Shown here piece by piece: positions 62,853-64,000 of a stretch of DNA of 64,000 nucleotides. The stretch's first letter is position 1. Each line of letters begins with the position of its first letter. Made by a program: the position numbers and the translations under genes. The stretch is from positions 806,001 through 870,000 of the forward strand of contig AP026126.1 in NCBI GenBank assembly GCA_030295235.1, written 5' to 3'. The stretch comes from Fistulifera solaris. Its lineage: Eukaryota. The notes below the pieces were generated by a model. The model worked only from the letters and a program-made list of their open reading frames with translations. It did not search any database and was not told where the DNA came from.

Positions 62853-63068
62853 GGGCCATTTTTAACCGGCAGTTCGCATTTCGTATTTTCGTTTTTCGTA
62901 ACCTTATTTTCGAATTTCGCATTCGAATCCAAGGTTTAACAGGGAAAATGACAGACGATAACATCTGTATTTTTTACTTCTGCCCTGATTGGGCAAAAGC
63001 TAAAAACACGAAAATCCGAAAATGGGAAATACAATAAGGTTAAAAAAGTCTGGTTAACTTAAAAATAC
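62853..63068. mobile_element. Degenerate second copy of the PIF/Harbinger-like MITE
   Basis: GGGCCATTTTTAACCGGCAGTTCG..., ATCCAAGGTTT, TGACAGACGATAA and TTGGGCAAA are shared with 35513..35713; the right TIR is decayed. Confidence 0.7.
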
Positions 63069-63219
63069 CTGTATCTACATTCTACATAGACTCACTCTTG
63101 TGGCGAAAGTTTACGTTCTGAAAAGATCTTTGCACCATCGCTCGCACGATGAATTGAAAAGACGAGAATCATCCCTCGTAAAAGCCACGTGAACATCTCT
63201 TTCATTTAATTATATCATT

Positions 63220-64000
63220 ATGTCCGCAAGTAAGCTCATCGTCGACAAGGCCCTTCGTGCCTCTATCAGCCTTGGCTCGTCCAAAATTCCCAGCGAACTG
63301 GCGAAATCGAGCGCTGCTTTCCTTTCCAGCGGATCAACGAAGGCTACTCTTCCCGACCTTCCTTACGATTACGATGCCCTAGAGCGTAAGTAGAATTTCA
63401 AGCAGACCAATAGTGGGGAACATTTGAAATCTCACGCTTTAAGTATCAATACAGCTGTGATTTCCTCGGAAACCATGACGCTTCACCACACCAAGCATCA
63501 TAATACATACGTTACCAACTTGAATGCTGGTATGGAAAAGCTCGATGCGGCCATCACAGCTGGAGACGTGTCGGGGATCATAACTTTACAAGGAGCGCTA
63601 AAGTTTAACGGCGGAGGTCATTTGAATCACACACGTAAGTGCTGAAAATCTTTTTCGAGAAAAGTGTCCGGCTTCTATCGCTCGTATATCTCACGTCTTC
63701 TTTTGCAGTTTTCTGGGAGAATCTCGCACCCACTGGTAAATCATCTGGACCCTCTGGTCATTTGGAAGCGTGTATTATCAACTGCTTTGGTAGTTTGGAT
63801 GCCATGAAGGCAGAATTGAGCGCGAAGAGTATCGCCATTCAGGGAAGCGGATGGGGGTGGCTCGGGTACAACACTGCCACCGGTGCGTAAACTTTGTGAA
63901 AGAGTTGTGGTGATGCTCCGAATCCGTTTTACTAACACTTTGCTTTGTATCAGGACGCATGGAAGTAGCAACCTGTGCCAATCAAGATCCATTGCAGGCG
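63220..64000 (+). CDS. SOD2: Mn/Fe superoxide dismutase, probably mitochondrial MnSOD, truncated by the window end
   Basis: Ser/Lys/Arg-rich transit peptide, [40 protein letters not shown] and NQDPL. Introns ~63386-63453, 63635-63708 and 63883-63953. Confidence 0.93.

Overview
Gene-dense eukaryotic nuclear DNA (roughly 45% GC by eye) with short GT-AG introns. It is most likely from a diatom, based on ASAFAP-type bipartite plastid-targeting peptides and a SAMDC-aminopropyltransferase-SET fusion. About 24 protein genes are supportable: MATE transporter, TPR protein, copine, POLD2, DEAD-box-like helicase, TRRAP/Tra1 (~12 kb), polyamine fusion gene, SFT2/Got1, RING-coiled-coil protein, divergent histidine phosphatase, single-chain SbcD-SbcC (Mre11-Rad50-like) fusion, OGG1, LIN-9/DIRP protein, mitochondrial-carrier protein, PHD-PWWP protein, ABCA transporter, Tic62-like SDR, phytochelatin synthase, MnSOD and several hypothetical genes. 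Most long genes are broken by single-base frameshifts, often near homopolymer runs. I read these as uncorrected assembly errors, so CDS limits are whole-gene spans. Non-coding structure includes two MITE-like families (one brackets the polyamine fusion gene in inverted orientation), a degenerate four-unit ~220-bp array upstream of the SbcD-SbcC gene, and two recurrent intergenic palindromic motifs. There is also a pair of small paralogous genes of unknown function. No rRNA, tRNA or CRISPR array was recognised.
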